IMG/VR virus record: IMGVR_UViG_3300046777_001709
Span: 2,534-66,533 of that record
From: a virus
Length of the DNA: 64,000 nt
Reading direction: 5' to 3' (one strand)
Shown: positions 1 to 8,693 of the stretch, piece by piece
How the letters are laid out: every line of letters starts with the position of its first letter
Position numbering within the stretch: the stretch's first letter is position 1
Notes under the pieces: model-generated
What the model was told of the DNA's origin: nothing
The model's database searches: none
What the model saw: the letters and a program-made list of their open reading frames with translations, nothing else
Translations under genes and position numbers: made by a program

Positions 1-397
1 GGGAATTGATGATAACGGAATTTTGATGAATATTTGTGAGGATAATAGACCCCCTGTTAGAAGATTCCAATCAAAATCAACAAGAGAAAAAATTTCCAAA
101 AATATGAAAGGTAAGAATAAAGGAAAATTACCTTGGAATAAAGGAAAATCTTTCAAAAGAGGTTCTCAAACAAAAGAACAAACTATCAAAGTTATGAGAA
201 CAAGATTAGTAAATCTTTTACTAAAAATATTTGAGCATTATGATGTTGCAAATGATTTTACCATAGGCGAATGTAAGTCAAAGAATATTATAAGTAAAAC
301 ATCTCCTATATCAGAATTATCTATTATCCAATATTTTGGAAAGATGATTACTTATAGGGAAGATATTCCCCAGTTGTATTCTTACGAACAGCAGTAA
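1..397 (+). CDS. homing endonuclease, C-terminal part (NUMOD3 motif; probably GIY-YIG-like), 5' end outside window
   Basis: Frame is open from base 2 (GIDDNGILMN...). NUMOD3-like QSKSTREKISKNMKGKNKGKLPWNKGK. Last 50 nt overlap the RNA ligase gene antisense. Confidence 0.7.
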   Translation, partial: GIDDNGILMNICEDNRPPVRRFQSKSTREKISKNMKGKNKGKLPWNKGKSFKRGSQTKEQTIKVMRTRLVNLLLKIFEHYDVANDFTIGECKSKNIISKTSPISELSIIQYFGKMITYREDIPQLYSYEQQ

Positions 398-944
398 GAA
401 TTAGATTATCTTCTGGATAATCTACCACAATACGATTCTTCCTTGAAACCCACTCAAAAATGGGGGTTAGACCATTTTCAATACAATAATTTATAAACTT
501 CGCATAATGAGGTTTGTCGGCAATAAACACTTCTGCGTTCATCGCAACATCCGTAACTCCTGCTTTGGTTGCAAGACGGAACCCTTCTTTGGTAGGAATC
601 GGACGAATCATAGACCCATCCAGTTTCTCTAGAACAACGTGAGGTTCAGAGAGATTGATTTTATCCAGTTGAGTTTCATCACGTTCTCCAGCGTTGAAGA
701 ACTTATGATAAGGACGGGAGATAAGTTGACCAGTTTCGGTATCGAAGATGAGACCACGACACTCACGACGCATCTTCATATTATAGTGAGACCGTTCACG
801 AATGAGAGAGAAGGTATCCTCAAACGCAACCATATAATTGATAACAGTGTACCAATCTTTTACCATCACTTTGAACTCTTGGCGGTCCTCAATATGAGGA
901 ACCACATCGTCAATATGATTGATGTCTGGGAAGTTGTAGTTCAT
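348..944 (-). CDS. rnlA: T4 RnlA-type RNA ligase 1, N-terminal fragment only (198 aa from ATG 944)
   Basis: RECRGLIF, RPYHKFFN, motif I EKLDGS, motif III IFEW. Motifs IV (EG-hydrophobic) and V (KxK) are absent before the stop. The track start at 974 falls inside the promoter. Confidence 0.85.
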   Translation of the reverse strand: MNYNFPDINHIDDVVPHIEDRQEFKVMVKDWYTVINYMVAFEDTFSLIRERSHYNMKMRRECRGLIFDTETGQLISRPYHKFFNAGERDETQLDKINLSEPHVVLEKLDGSMIRPIPTKEGFRLATKAGVTDVAMNAEVFIADKPHYAKFINYCIENGLTPIFEWVSRKNRIVVDYPEDNLILTAVRKNTTGEYLPYK

Positions 945-965
945 CGTTCTGTTTCTTATATAGAC

Positions 966-1021
966 ATTATACAATAGAAAAGGTGCCTTGTGGGCACCTG
1001 GTGGACAGTTTGGAAAGTGTC
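966..1021 (-). promoter_or_regulatory. phage promoter motif copy 1: GACA-N10-TGTC, GC hairpin, TATAAT
   Basis: Minus strand GACACTTTCCAAACTGTCCAC-CAGGTGCCCACAAGGCACCT-TTTCTATTG-TATAAT. Confidence 0.75.
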
Positions 1022-1030
1022 TTTTGGTTA

Positions 1031-1405
1031 TTATTCTTCATCAAGTTCAACGTCTTCTACAAGATTTTTGAGACGATCAAAGAAATCTTCATCCAGTGGA
1101 ATAAGTTCTTCTTCTCCACGATCAATACGATCACACATTTCCATCAAATCTTCAAGAAAAAATTTTGGGTAACACTCATCTTCTCCAAGAGAAACCCAAA
1201 ACCATTCATAGCATTCTGTAAAAGGATCATCATCTTTCAACAGAGCATAATCCTTATAGTTGTCGGTCATTAGATCACGCCAGATTCGGAATGCTCCGTG
1301 GATACTTTGCCAGCCAGTCATCCAACAATGACCGATCCAATACTCCCACCAATTCAAAGTGGTTTTCTTGGACGCTGTTCCTTTTATAGGAGTAGAGAAT
1401 GTCAT
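1031..1405 (-). CDS. hypothetical cyanophage protein (Trp-rich)
   Basis: 124 aa ORF, abuts the upstream ORF. Confidence 0.75.
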   Translation of the reverse strand: MTFSTPIKGTASKKTTLNWWEYWIGHCWMTGWQSIHGAFRIWRDLMTDNYKDYALLKDDDPFTECYEWFWVSLGEDECYPKFFLEDLMEMCDRIDRGEEELIPLDEDFFDRLKNLVEDVELDEE

Positions 1406-1632
1406 TACGCTAGTTTATAATCCTCTTGATAATATGCACCGATTACCTTATCATCCCATGCAGTAGGAACTTTTGATAGTCGATGGTGTAGATGATTAAT
1501 TCCTGAAATTTGATAATCTTCGTGTTGAATGTCTTGCAGAATACCAACTAGATTTTTGATTTCGTTTGTTGTTTTAGGATGGCGTAATGCACAATGATTC
1601 ATTCCTTCAAGTTTTCTGTAAGTACGGGACAT
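1405..1632 (-). CDS. hypothetical protein
   Basis: 75 aa, GAGG RBS, upstream promoter. Confidence 0.7.
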   Translation of the reverse strand: MSRTYRKLEGMNHCALRHPKTTNEIKNLVGILQDIQHEDYQISGINHLHHRLSKVPTAWDDKVIGAYYQEDYKLA

Positions 1633-1657
1633 AACATGATCCTCAATTACATTATTA

Positions 1658-1686
1658 ATTATACTACTTTTTCAAATCTTTTTCAA
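1658..1686 (-). promoter_or_regulatory. sigma70-type promoter TTGAAA-N17-TATAAT
   Basis: Near-consensus hexamers, 17 nt spacing, upstream of ORF 1405-1632. Confidence 0.55.
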
Positions 1687-1894
1687 ATTCCTTAGCAAGT
1701 CTTAATGCTTTTCTCCACACAATCCACTTTACAATAGGATTTGATGGGTTATAGATCAACCACCATTTGGTCTTCTCATACCACAACCTAACAATCTTGT
1801 AAAGCAAAACAATAGCAGTTGCAATACTATTATCAGTTACTACAAGATATGCAAATATTATGAATATAATAGACCAAAGATAGTAGGATGTCAT
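1664..1894 (-). CDS. hypothetical membrane protein
   Basis: Hydrophobic N-terminus; ATGA overlap with upstream ORF. Confidence 0.7.
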   Translation of the reverse strand: MTSYYLWSIIFIIFAYLVVTDNSIATAIVLLYKIVRLWYEKTKWWLIYNPSNPIVKWIVWRKALRLAKEFEKDLKK

Positions 1895-2052
1895 TGTCTT
1901 AGTGAAGTTAAAAAGTCAATAATCTGTTCACGAATAATATCCATTTCAGTTTCACATCCCAAATTTTTTGCCCTTACACGAGTGTCTGAGTGTTTAGTGT
2001 AGACATCTTCGATAAGAAGATCAATTGCATGATTTTTTGCCATTTCTTGCAT
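1891..2052 (-). CDS. small hypothetical protein (53 aa, MQEMAKNHAIDLLIEDV...), not in ORF track
   Basis: GGAGA RBS, fills the gap, ATGA coupling to next ORF. Confidence 0.65.
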   Translation of the reverse strand: MQEMAKNHAIDLLIEDVYTKHSDTRVRAKNLGCETEMDIIREQIIDFLTSLRQ

Positions 2053-2221
2053 TAAAATCTCCATTAATTTTTATTGGGCAGGTTGTGATTGTTTTACGTA
2101 ATTCTGTGACAAGATCGATCTTTTGTTGCTGCGTTAATCCAACAACCTTAGATACATTGTTAATTAAGAATAGTAGTTGACTACAAGATAAAATGGTTGT
2201 CGAAAAAATTAGAGCAACCAT
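2021..2221 (-). CDS. hypothetical protein
   Basis: 66 aa ORF in operon context. Confidence 0.55.
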   Translation of the reverse strand: MVALIFSTTILSCSQLLFLINNVSKVVGLTQQQKIDLVTELRKTITTCPIKINGDFNARNGKKSCN

Positions 2222-2242
2222 GAAATTTACTTAATTCTACTA

Positions 2243-2440
2243 CTATTTAACCCCATCAAAACTTTTAATATAAGAAACACACTGTTTCCACTTTTCAAAT
2301 TCCTCATCAGTAAAGTTATCTGAGGCGTAAGGAATATCTACAATATCAGCACACAACCTGTTTACGTTGATGGTTGCATACTCCTGAGCAAAAACTGGAG
2401 TGGAACAAAAAATTAATGAAAGAGCAATGAGTTGTTTCAC
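2243..2440 (-). CDS. small hypothetical protein with signal-peptide-like N-terminus
   Basis: MKQLIALSLIFCSTPVFA, GTGA overlap. Confidence 0.65.
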   Translation of the reverse strand: MKQLIALSLIFCSTPVFAQEYATINVNRLCADIVDIPYASDNFTDEEFEKWKQCVSYIKSFDGVK

Positions 2441-2664
2441 AGAAATTTTTCTAAAGATGATTTGGTGGTTTTGTTTTGTTTTACTTGTTTTGTAATATAA
2501 GACTTTGCAGTCTTGTAGTTGTTTGCAATGTGAACTTGTTCTCCATTGTTGAGGATAACAAATTTTTTACCAAAAGGTACTGCTGCCCATGTTCCATCCT
2601 TAGTTACGTATCCCGCAGGGTCGGAAGGAACTGGATCTAACAAACCATAATTTTGGATATTCAT
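2437..2664 (-). CDS. hypothetical cyanophage protein (start ATG 2664, MNIQNYGLLDP...)
   Basis: ATGA coupling with ORF 2661-2804 supports this start over the track's 2754. Confidence 0.65.
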   Translation of the reverse strand: MNIQNYGLLDPVPSDPAGYVTKDGTWAAVPFGKKFVILNNGEQVHIANNYKTAKSYITKQVKQNKTTKSSLEKFL

Positions 2665-2804
2665 AGGAAGGTTGCAGTTGCACTCATGATTCGTGCATTG
2701 GGATGTTGTGCCAGTGCAACTTGCTTTGCCTCTTGAATGTTTCGTGCATAACACTCAACATAAAAAACTTTGCCACCAACCATGCAAGTAACGCGATGCT
2801 TCAT
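2661..2804 (-). CDS. small cyanophage protein (47 aa, MKHRVTCMVGGKVFYVECYARNIQEAKQVALAQHPNARIMSATATFL), not in ORF track
   Basis: GAGG RBS, directly downstream of promoter motif copy 2. Confidence 0.7.
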   Translation of the reverse strand: MKHRVTCMVGGKVFYVECYARNIQEAKQVALAQHPNARIMSATATFL

Positions 2805-2830
2805 TGGATTCCTCTTGTGTTGATGTATAT

Positions 2831-2885
2831 ATCATAGCACCTCTCAGAGGGTCCTGTGAGGCGCTCAGACGGTTTATGGACTGTC
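2831..2885 (-). promoter_or_regulatory. phage promoter motif copy 2
   Basis: GACAGTCCATAAACCGTC, hairpin GCGCCTC...GAGGTGC, TGCTATGAT. Confidence 0.65.
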
Positions 2886-2896
2886 CTCCTACCCTA

Positions 2897-4132
2897 TCAC
2901 TTCCGAATCACATCAGCGACGAAATTGCCCTTCACAAACACCTCATCCACGACGTTCTCTACGCGACGGGCAGTGGCAACACCAACCTTGTTGTTGTATA
3001 CGGGAATGACAACCTTGCCAAAGGGTTTCAGATAGTTGTCAAAATCACCAGGCAGAAGATCACCAGATTTCATACGAGCAGTGTCCTCAGGATTTACTCG
3101 AATGCAACGTCCGATTGTCTGAACAGTAGAGATAAAGTTCTGTTGACGCAAGAAAATACAAGACTGAATACCAGGAACACTAATACCCTCAGTCAGAATA
3201 CCAATGTGAAGAACAACAAACTTACGATCTGGATCAGCACCATAATCAGCAAGAGTGTCAAGAAACTCAGAGCGAGAAACCTTACGATTGCCAATAAAAG
3301 CACCGTGCTTAGAAGTAATGTGAAGGACTTCATACCCGTTATCGTGCATTTCTTCCATAAAAGAAGTGGAAGAAAGCATGTTCATCATGACTTTGGTGTT
3401 GGGAGCAACCACCAGTACCTTGTTCATGTCATCCTCATTGAAGATACAATCACAAAGAGTATAGAAATCACGCTCTGCAGCACCATCTTTAGAATCGCGG
3501 ATGGCAGGAATTTGCATCACAGCAGTCTTAGGAGGAAGAATACTACCATTCTTCAAAAGTTCAGGTGCTTTGACGTTATGGATTTTGCTACCAAACACTT
3601 CAGAGTCATTGTTACCTGGTTTAGAAATAACTTGACTGAATTTAGGAGTAGCAGTCAGAGAATAAAAGTTCTTTGCAGTTTTACTAATTGCTTCGACAGA
3701 ATCAAAGAACTTTGAGTTGACAGCATTGTGACACTCATCTAGATAGACTGTATCCAGTTCCAGTTCTGCCTTGACAATCTTATCCAGAGAATGATAGGTA
3801 CTGAAAATCAGTTTGTTTCCAGCGGTCTTCTCATGCCAATAAGCAAGTTCCAGATAATCAGTAATACGAGTATGATTCGTATCACCACTGTGAACATGTG
3901 CAATGTGTGCGCTATCGATAAACTTTTCGAATTCATCACTCAGTTGTTGAGTAAGAAGAATCTTAGGAGCAACAACAAGAATGGTTTTGTCACCACCCTC
4001 AGAGAAACGATGATGAGCATCGGCAATCATCATGATACTCTTACCAGCACTGGTGGGAGCAATGGTCAGCATCTTAGAGTGCTGACGCATCAGAGAGAAG
4101 ACTTCTTGCTGGTGGGAACGAAGTTGAATCAT
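2897..4132 (-). CDS. superfamily 2 DExH helicase (ResIII-like)
   Basis: Q motif LRSHQ, Walker A APTSAGKS, DECH, TAT, LTEGISVP, QTIGRCIR. Confidence 0.9.
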   Translation of the reverse strand: MIQLRSHQQEVFSLMRQHSKMLTIAPTSAGKSIMMIADAHHRFSEGGDKTILVVAPKILLTQQLSDEFEKFIDSAHIAHVHSGDTNHTRITDYLELAYWHEKTAGNKLIFSTYHSLDKIVKAELELDTVYLDECHNAVNSKFFDSVEAISKTAKNFYSLTATPKFSQVISKPGNNDSEVFGSKIHNVKAPELLKNGSILPPKTAVMQIPAIRDSKDGAAERDFYTLCDCIFNEDDMNKVLVVAPNTKVMMNMLSSTSFMEEMHDNGYEVLHITSKHGAFIGNRKVSRSEFLDTLADYGADPDRKFVVLHIGILTEGISVPGIQSCIFLRQQNFISTVQTIGRCIRVNPEDTARMKSGDLLPGDFDNYLKPFGKVVIPVYNNKVGVATARRVENVVDEVFVKGNFVADVIRK

Positions 4133-4154
4133 GGTCCTTTGTTTCTATGAGATT

Positions 4155-4211
4155 ATTATAGCACTAAAAAACCTCCCGTTAAGGAGGTTAGTGGACAGTT
4201 CTTAAAGTGTC
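4155..4211 (-). promoter_or_regulatory. phage promoter motif copy 3
   Basis: GACACTTTAAGAACTGTCCAC, hairpin AACCTCCTTAACGGGAGGTT-TTTT, TGCTATAAT. Confidence 0.75.
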
Positions 4212-4252
4212 TAAAAGCTTTTTATAATTTGATCTTCAACCGGGACAAAGGT

Positions 4253-4281
4253 AGTCTACTGTGATTATTGGGATTTGTCAA
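4253..4281 (-). promoter_or_regulatory. sigma70 promoter TTGACA-N17-TAGACT
   Basis: Perfect -35, 17 nt spacer. Confidence 0.7.
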
Positions 4282-4291
4282 GGGGGGAAGA

Positions 4292-4786
4292 TTATTCCCA
4301 AGAAAAACTTAGACTTACTCTTGGATTTGATACTATAGGTTCGTGATATGTACCTTTAGGTATGAATATACTATCTCCTGGTTCAAGAGTATAAGTAACA
4401 TCAGTACATCGATAAGATACTTTTCCTTTTGCTTGAACTATTAAAACATCAAGATCATCATAATGATCCGCAAAAGTCATACTCTGATCACCAAAAGAAA
4501 TATAAGTATGCATTACTTTAACGCCACTATTATTACGTACACAATTAAAAGTTTCTCCAATAGTACCTGGATGGTAATCTCCCCTTAGAAAGAATGATGG
4601 AGGATGAACTGCATCATGAGTCAATAGATTTTTATTTGTGTATTTTTTAGTAGTAGGTGGATGAATCTCGAATTCATTCCAGATTACCACCATTTCAGTA
4701 TATTCTTTTGATATTTTTTCAATAACATCGTCCCAAGAAATTTTCTTAGCAACTGGATAATGATTTTTTGTAAAAATAATACTCAT
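4292..4786 (-). CDS. cupin/JmjC-like 2OG-Fe(II) oxygenase
   Basis: HxD (DHYDDLDV) and LEPGDSIFIPKGTYH, RVSLS. Confidence 0.8.
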   Translation of the reverse strand: MSIIFTKNHYPVAKKISWDDVIEKISKEYTEMVVIWNEFEIHPPTTKKYTNKNLLTHDAVHPPSFFLRGDYHPGTIGETFNCVRNNSGVKVMHTYISFGDQSMTFADHYDDLDVLIVQAKGKVSYRCTDVTYTLEPGDSIFIPKGTYHEPIVSNPRVSLSFSWE

Positions 4787-5355
4787 CTTACATCTAGATT
4801 AATAGAGATAATTCTTCTAACTTTATCTGAAGAATTTGGTAAAGTTTGGTGTAGAATATTAGATGGGAAAAACAACATAGACCCAGAATTAACTTGAGGG
4901 GAATAATTTGTATGTGCGAGTCTAAAAGAATCAATGAATGGAGATATAAAATTAACTGCAGTATGCTCTAAAGGATCAAAATCTATGTAACAAATAGAAC
5001 TCAATCCTATATTTCGATCACTATGGTCATGTATGGGGTGATACATGTTTTTATATTGTTCTTGAAACCAAAATTGTTGGATCGAATAAAATTTAAAACC
5101 AAATGATTTTTTCATATGATTTAATTCATCTTCAAAAATTGATTCTATTATTTTATTTTGATGTTCCGTTTTTCCATTAGTTGAATCATAAAATGATGTT
5201 AAAACTGAAGAATCCAAACACATGTCATGAGAATTCATGACTTCTAAAAGTTTTTTCTTTTTGATATCCCATTGATCAACTTCTAGTTGAAGATATGGGA
5301 CAGTAAACATAGGAAATATCCTATAATTATCAAGATTCATTGACATCTTTACCAA
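4783..5355 (-). CDS. 2OG-Fe(II) oxygenase (cyanophage TIGR02466-like)
   Basis: HPIHDH, GSMLFFPSNILHQT, RRIISIN. Confidence 0.8.
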   Translation of the reverse strand: MVKMSMNLDNYRIFPMFTVPYLQLEVDQWDIKKKKLLEVMNSHDMCLDSSVLTSFYDSTNGKTEHQNKIIESIFEDELNHMKKSFGFKFYSIQQFWFQEQYKNMYHPIHDHSDRNIGLSSICYIDFDPLEHTAVNFISPFIDSFRLAHTNYSPQVNSGSMLFFPSNILHQTLPNSSDKVRRIISINLDVR

Positions 5356-5665
5356 GATCCTCTATAATAGAGTTGAACTTTTCTTCCCAATCCGAATTAT
5401 CTACACCCCATTTGTTTAAAGGGCAACTATCTAAAATAATTTTTGCTTTTGCAGGAACGTAGCATCCACATTCTATACAACGATTATTCAATTCATCATA
5501 CTTGTCACATTCCCTACAAGTAAGAACTCTTTTCTTATATACCTCATCGGATACAAATAAAACCTTATCTTGGTTGCTTTCAATATAATTAATTAACTCC
5601 CAAGCAAATCCTGCAAGATTTTTCCCTTGCTGAAATAATGATGGATATTTTTTCTTATCATCCAT
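5330..5665 (-). CDS. DUF6171-like six-cysteine protein
   Basis: CxxC...CxxCGC...K...CPLNKW. Confidence 0.75.
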   Translation of the reverse strand: MDDKKKYPSLFQQGKNLAGFAWELINYIESNQDKVLFVSDEVYKKRVLTCRECDKYDELNNRCIECGCYVPAKAKIILDSCPLNKWGVDNSDWEEKFNSIIEDLGKDVNES

Positions 5666-5689
5666 AATTTACCATTATTAAAAAAATAT

Positions 5690-6808
5690 TTAGACTAATT
5701 GATACAATCCTTTAATTGTTGACGAGTTAATTGTTCCTTCTACTGAATAATTTGATCCAGATATTGCCCTTCCAGGTTGTCCAGCAGATCCACTATTATT
5801 GGTATTTTGCCCTGCTGTCGCCCAGTCTCCACCACTTCCACCAGTCTCCCCGTTTGTTCCGTATGTTGCACCACAACAACTACCACCAGGACAGTTTGGT
5901 GCGCCTCCAGCAGAACCATTTGCACCTATTAAAGAACCACTTAAGTTATTATAACCTCTTCCAAGTCCACCATTTCCACCAGTTCCAGCGGTACCTCCAG
6001 ATACACCGTATGCGTTAAAGCATCGAATTCCCCATCTTGCCTCTGCACATCCACGCCTATATCTACAGCAACCATCCCAAGTTGTATAGGCATGATATGC
6101 ATATCCACGAATATTACATTCAAATTGTGAGTTAGGACTTTCTGCGCATCGTTGAAAATATATTCTGCTTGCCACAGATTCATCATATGTATCACAATAT
6201 CCACTACTTCCAGGCGAACCATTTGATCCACGTTCGCCGCCACCTCCACCACCATAAATGTTTGCGGTCGATCTTACAAAAATAACTATGTTATTCCCAG
6301 CTGGGGAACTTACTGATAATGCATTACCACCATTACCTCCACTTATTGTTGTTGGAGTTCCACCTACTCCACCGGCACCATAGATTACACCAGAAACATC
6401 AATAGTTAAATTGGTTGCAGTAGAATTAAATACTGCTGCTGGATTGGATGTTGAATTTGATCCACAAGTTCCATTGATATACATCCATTTTTTAATATTT
6501 TTATTTAAATTAGAATTCCATGATTGATTGGCAATATCAAAATTAATATCAGTTCCTGTTTGTGTTATGTAATAATATTTTATAGAATTTCTAAATTGTG
6601 ATAATTTTAGGTTATTAGATGATGATATAGAATCGTTTTCTGTGGCATCAGGAACGATTGGATTTTTATTTGATAAATTTGTATTCTTTAACAATTCTGA
6701 TGCCTTAATTGGTCCAGAAGATTCTTCTTTAAAATTATTTCTCAATGAACTGAATGAAATTTGTCCAGTAGAATAAAATGGACCATTCTTAGATACTACT
6801 GCAGTCAT
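5690..6808 (-). CDS. glycine-rich gp38-like tail adhesin with Cys-rich central insert
   Basis: IYGAGGVGG...GGNGGNAL, IYGGGGGGERG, GGNGGLGRG, GGSGGDW, GQPGRAI motifs. Confidence 0.65.
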   Translation of the reverse strand: MTAVVSKNGPFYSTGQISFSSLRNNFKEESSGPIKASELLKNTNLSNKNPIVPDATENDSISSSNNLKLSQFRNSIKYYYITQTGTDINFDIANQSWNSNLNKNIKKWMYINGTCGSNSTSNPAAVFNSTATNLTIDVSGVIYGAGGVGGTPTTISGGNGGNALSVSSPAGNNIVIFVRSTANIYGGGGGGERGSNGSPGSSGYCDTYDESVASRIYFQRCAESPNSQFECNIRGYAYHAYTTWDGCCRYRRGCAEARWGIRCFNAYGVSGGTAGTGGNGGLGRGYNNLSGSLIGANGSAGGAPNCPGGSCCGATYGTNGETGGSGGDWATAGQNTNNSGSAGQPGRAISGSNYSVEGTINSSTIKGLYQLV

Positions 6809-6817
6809 TATTATTTT

Positions 6818-8677
6818 TTAGTAAAGGTTGTGCCATTTAAAAGTTAAACCACCATCAGTACTACCATAACCTTGATGGCGTTTAAGTGTACTGTTGTAAA
6901 TGATTGATCCTTCCACAGTATTTGCCAATCCAACTAAAGTTGAATTAGGAACATTTGGTAAAATCATATATGGATTTGTATTTGCAGAACCAACATTTCC
7001 ATAGTCAAATACAGATCTTGGTTCATAAGTATCAAATGCAATATTACTTTCGCTTCTGATATTTAAAGAACTATTATTTAAATCAATCGTTTTACCATAG
7101 AATTGAATTTCTCCGAATACCGTAGATATTGATAATGCATTAGTGCCAAAACCAACACTGTCAAAAAGTGCAATACCATTTACATTTAATACTTCATTTG
7201 AAGTTAAAGATGTTGTTCCAATTCCAATAGATCCAAATAATCCTAACTGACCTTGTGCATCAACAGGTGCAATTGGAGAAGTTGTTCGTACTCCAATAGA
7301 TCCTAAATTATCAATTACAAAATTATTGGTAATATTTACATCATAAAATGTAGAAATACCTGAAGAATTGTTTATATTGGTATTATTGATAATTCCTGGT
7401 AAAGTTATTGAGTTGGAAGTTAAATTTCCAGAAATAACTACATTATTACCAAAGAATGCATTTCCAGTAACCGTAGAAGTACCGACAACATGAAGATTAT
7501 TTGATGGATTGGTAATACCTATACCAAATTTTCCATCATAAGTTAATGATGCTAATTCATTATTTGACTGTCCATATAACCAGGCAAATCTTCCCGTATT
7601 AATTCCAGCAGGTCCAGCATGTAAATAAAAATTAATATTTCCAGTGTCATTATTGATAATATCAAATGTTTTGGATTGACTTCCAAATCTTAATACTGCA
7701 GTACTTCTACCTACACCTACAGAATTACCAATACTAATTCTGGATTGTCCAGAATCAGAAATAATTTCTACTAAAGATCCTGATGATTTTCTAACTTGAA
7801 TTTCTGATGATGGAAGAGCAGTTCCAACCCCAATTCTTCCAGAGTTTAGTGCAGAGAATCCAGTTCCACCAGCACCAACATGTAATGTATTGGCAATTGT
7901 TGTAATACCAATTGGTAAAGAAATAACGTCAATTGTATCGGTTATAATTTTAGATGCAGTTATTACTCCAACTGTAATATTCGGAGTTCCTGTAAGAGAT
8001 TGTGCTGTACTAGCAGTTCCAGTTACATTACCAACTAAATTACCATTAAAAATTGGGGATGTTACACTACCTACTACAGATACATTAGTTTGTAATCTTG
8101 CGTTTGGTAATGTACCACTACTAATATTAGATGCATTAATTTCTGTTATCCCAATTCCAGATCCAACAAAAGATCCTGATGTGAGAATACCAGATACTTT
8201 TACATCTCCGGTTGAGTTTATTCCGACTCCATTTCCACCATCCGGATTGTCTCCAATCTGAAGAAAATACTCAGGCATTGTTGTTGCTATGCCAACAGTA
8301 CCCGCAGCATATATGCTAGAATATGCAGTACCAACAGGATTAACATCAATCCATTGTGATGTTGGGATGTTGGTTAGACCTTTTCCATCACCATAATAAG
8401 TAACAACACCCGTAATAGCAGTAACAATACCCGAATTAATTATTAACTTACCGTCAGTTATAGTATTGGAAGTACTGATACCCGAAGAATACGAGTCTAC
8501 AGACTTTAAATTGTACGCAGTTAAAAATCCAGAAACAGCAACATTACCCCTAACATCCAAAAATTCTGTAGGGACAGAAGTACCTATCCCCACAAGACCA
8601 TTGGAGTTTACGATGAAATTGTCATCATCAACTTGAACACCATGCCTAAGGTTAAAAGACTTCTTATAATTTGCCAT
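6818..8677 (-). CDS. tail fibre/virion structural protein
   Basis: Repeated VGIGT-x-x-P-x-x-x-L-x-V motifs. Confidence 0.7.
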   Translation of the reverse strand: MANYKKSFNLRHGVQVDDDNFIVNSNGLVGIGTSVPTEFLDVRGNVAVSGFLTAYNLKSVDSYSSGISTSNTITDGKLIINSGIVTAITGVVTYYGDGKGLTNIPTSQWIDVNPVGTAYSSIYAAGTVGIATTMPEYFLQIGDNPDGGNGVGINSTGDVKVSGILTSGSFVGSGIGITEINASNISSGTLPNARLQTNVSVVGSVTSPIFNGNLVGNVTGTASTAQSLTGTPNITVGVITASKIITDTIDVISLPIGITTIANTLHVGAGGTGFSALNSGRIGVGTALPSSEIQVRKSSGSLVEIISDSGQSRISIGNSVGVGRSTAVLRFGSQSKTFDIINNDTGNINFYLHAGPAGINTGRFAWLYGQSNNELASLTYDGKFGIGITNPSNNLHVVGTSTVTGNAFFGNNVVISGNLTSNSITLPGIINNTNINNSSGISTFYDVNITNNFVIDNLGSIGVRTTSPIAPVDAQGQLGLFGSIGIGTTSLTSNEVLNVNGIALFDSVGFGTNALSISTVFGEIQFYGKTIDLNNSSLNIRSESNIAFDTYEPRSVFDYGNVGSANTNPYMILPNVPNSTLVGLANTVEGSIIYNSTLKRHQGYGSTDGGLTFKWHNLY

Positions 8678-8693
8678 CTTATATGGTTTTTAG

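Noticed and set aside
1-347. Group I intron in rnlA
   Set aside because: Could not identify P1/P7 core elements by eye, and the endonuclease is antisense. Kept only as an alternative in the split-gene finding.
2804-3715. 303 aa plus-strand ORF
   Set aside because: Antisense shadow of the helicase; no motifs, and it crosses a minus-strand promoter.
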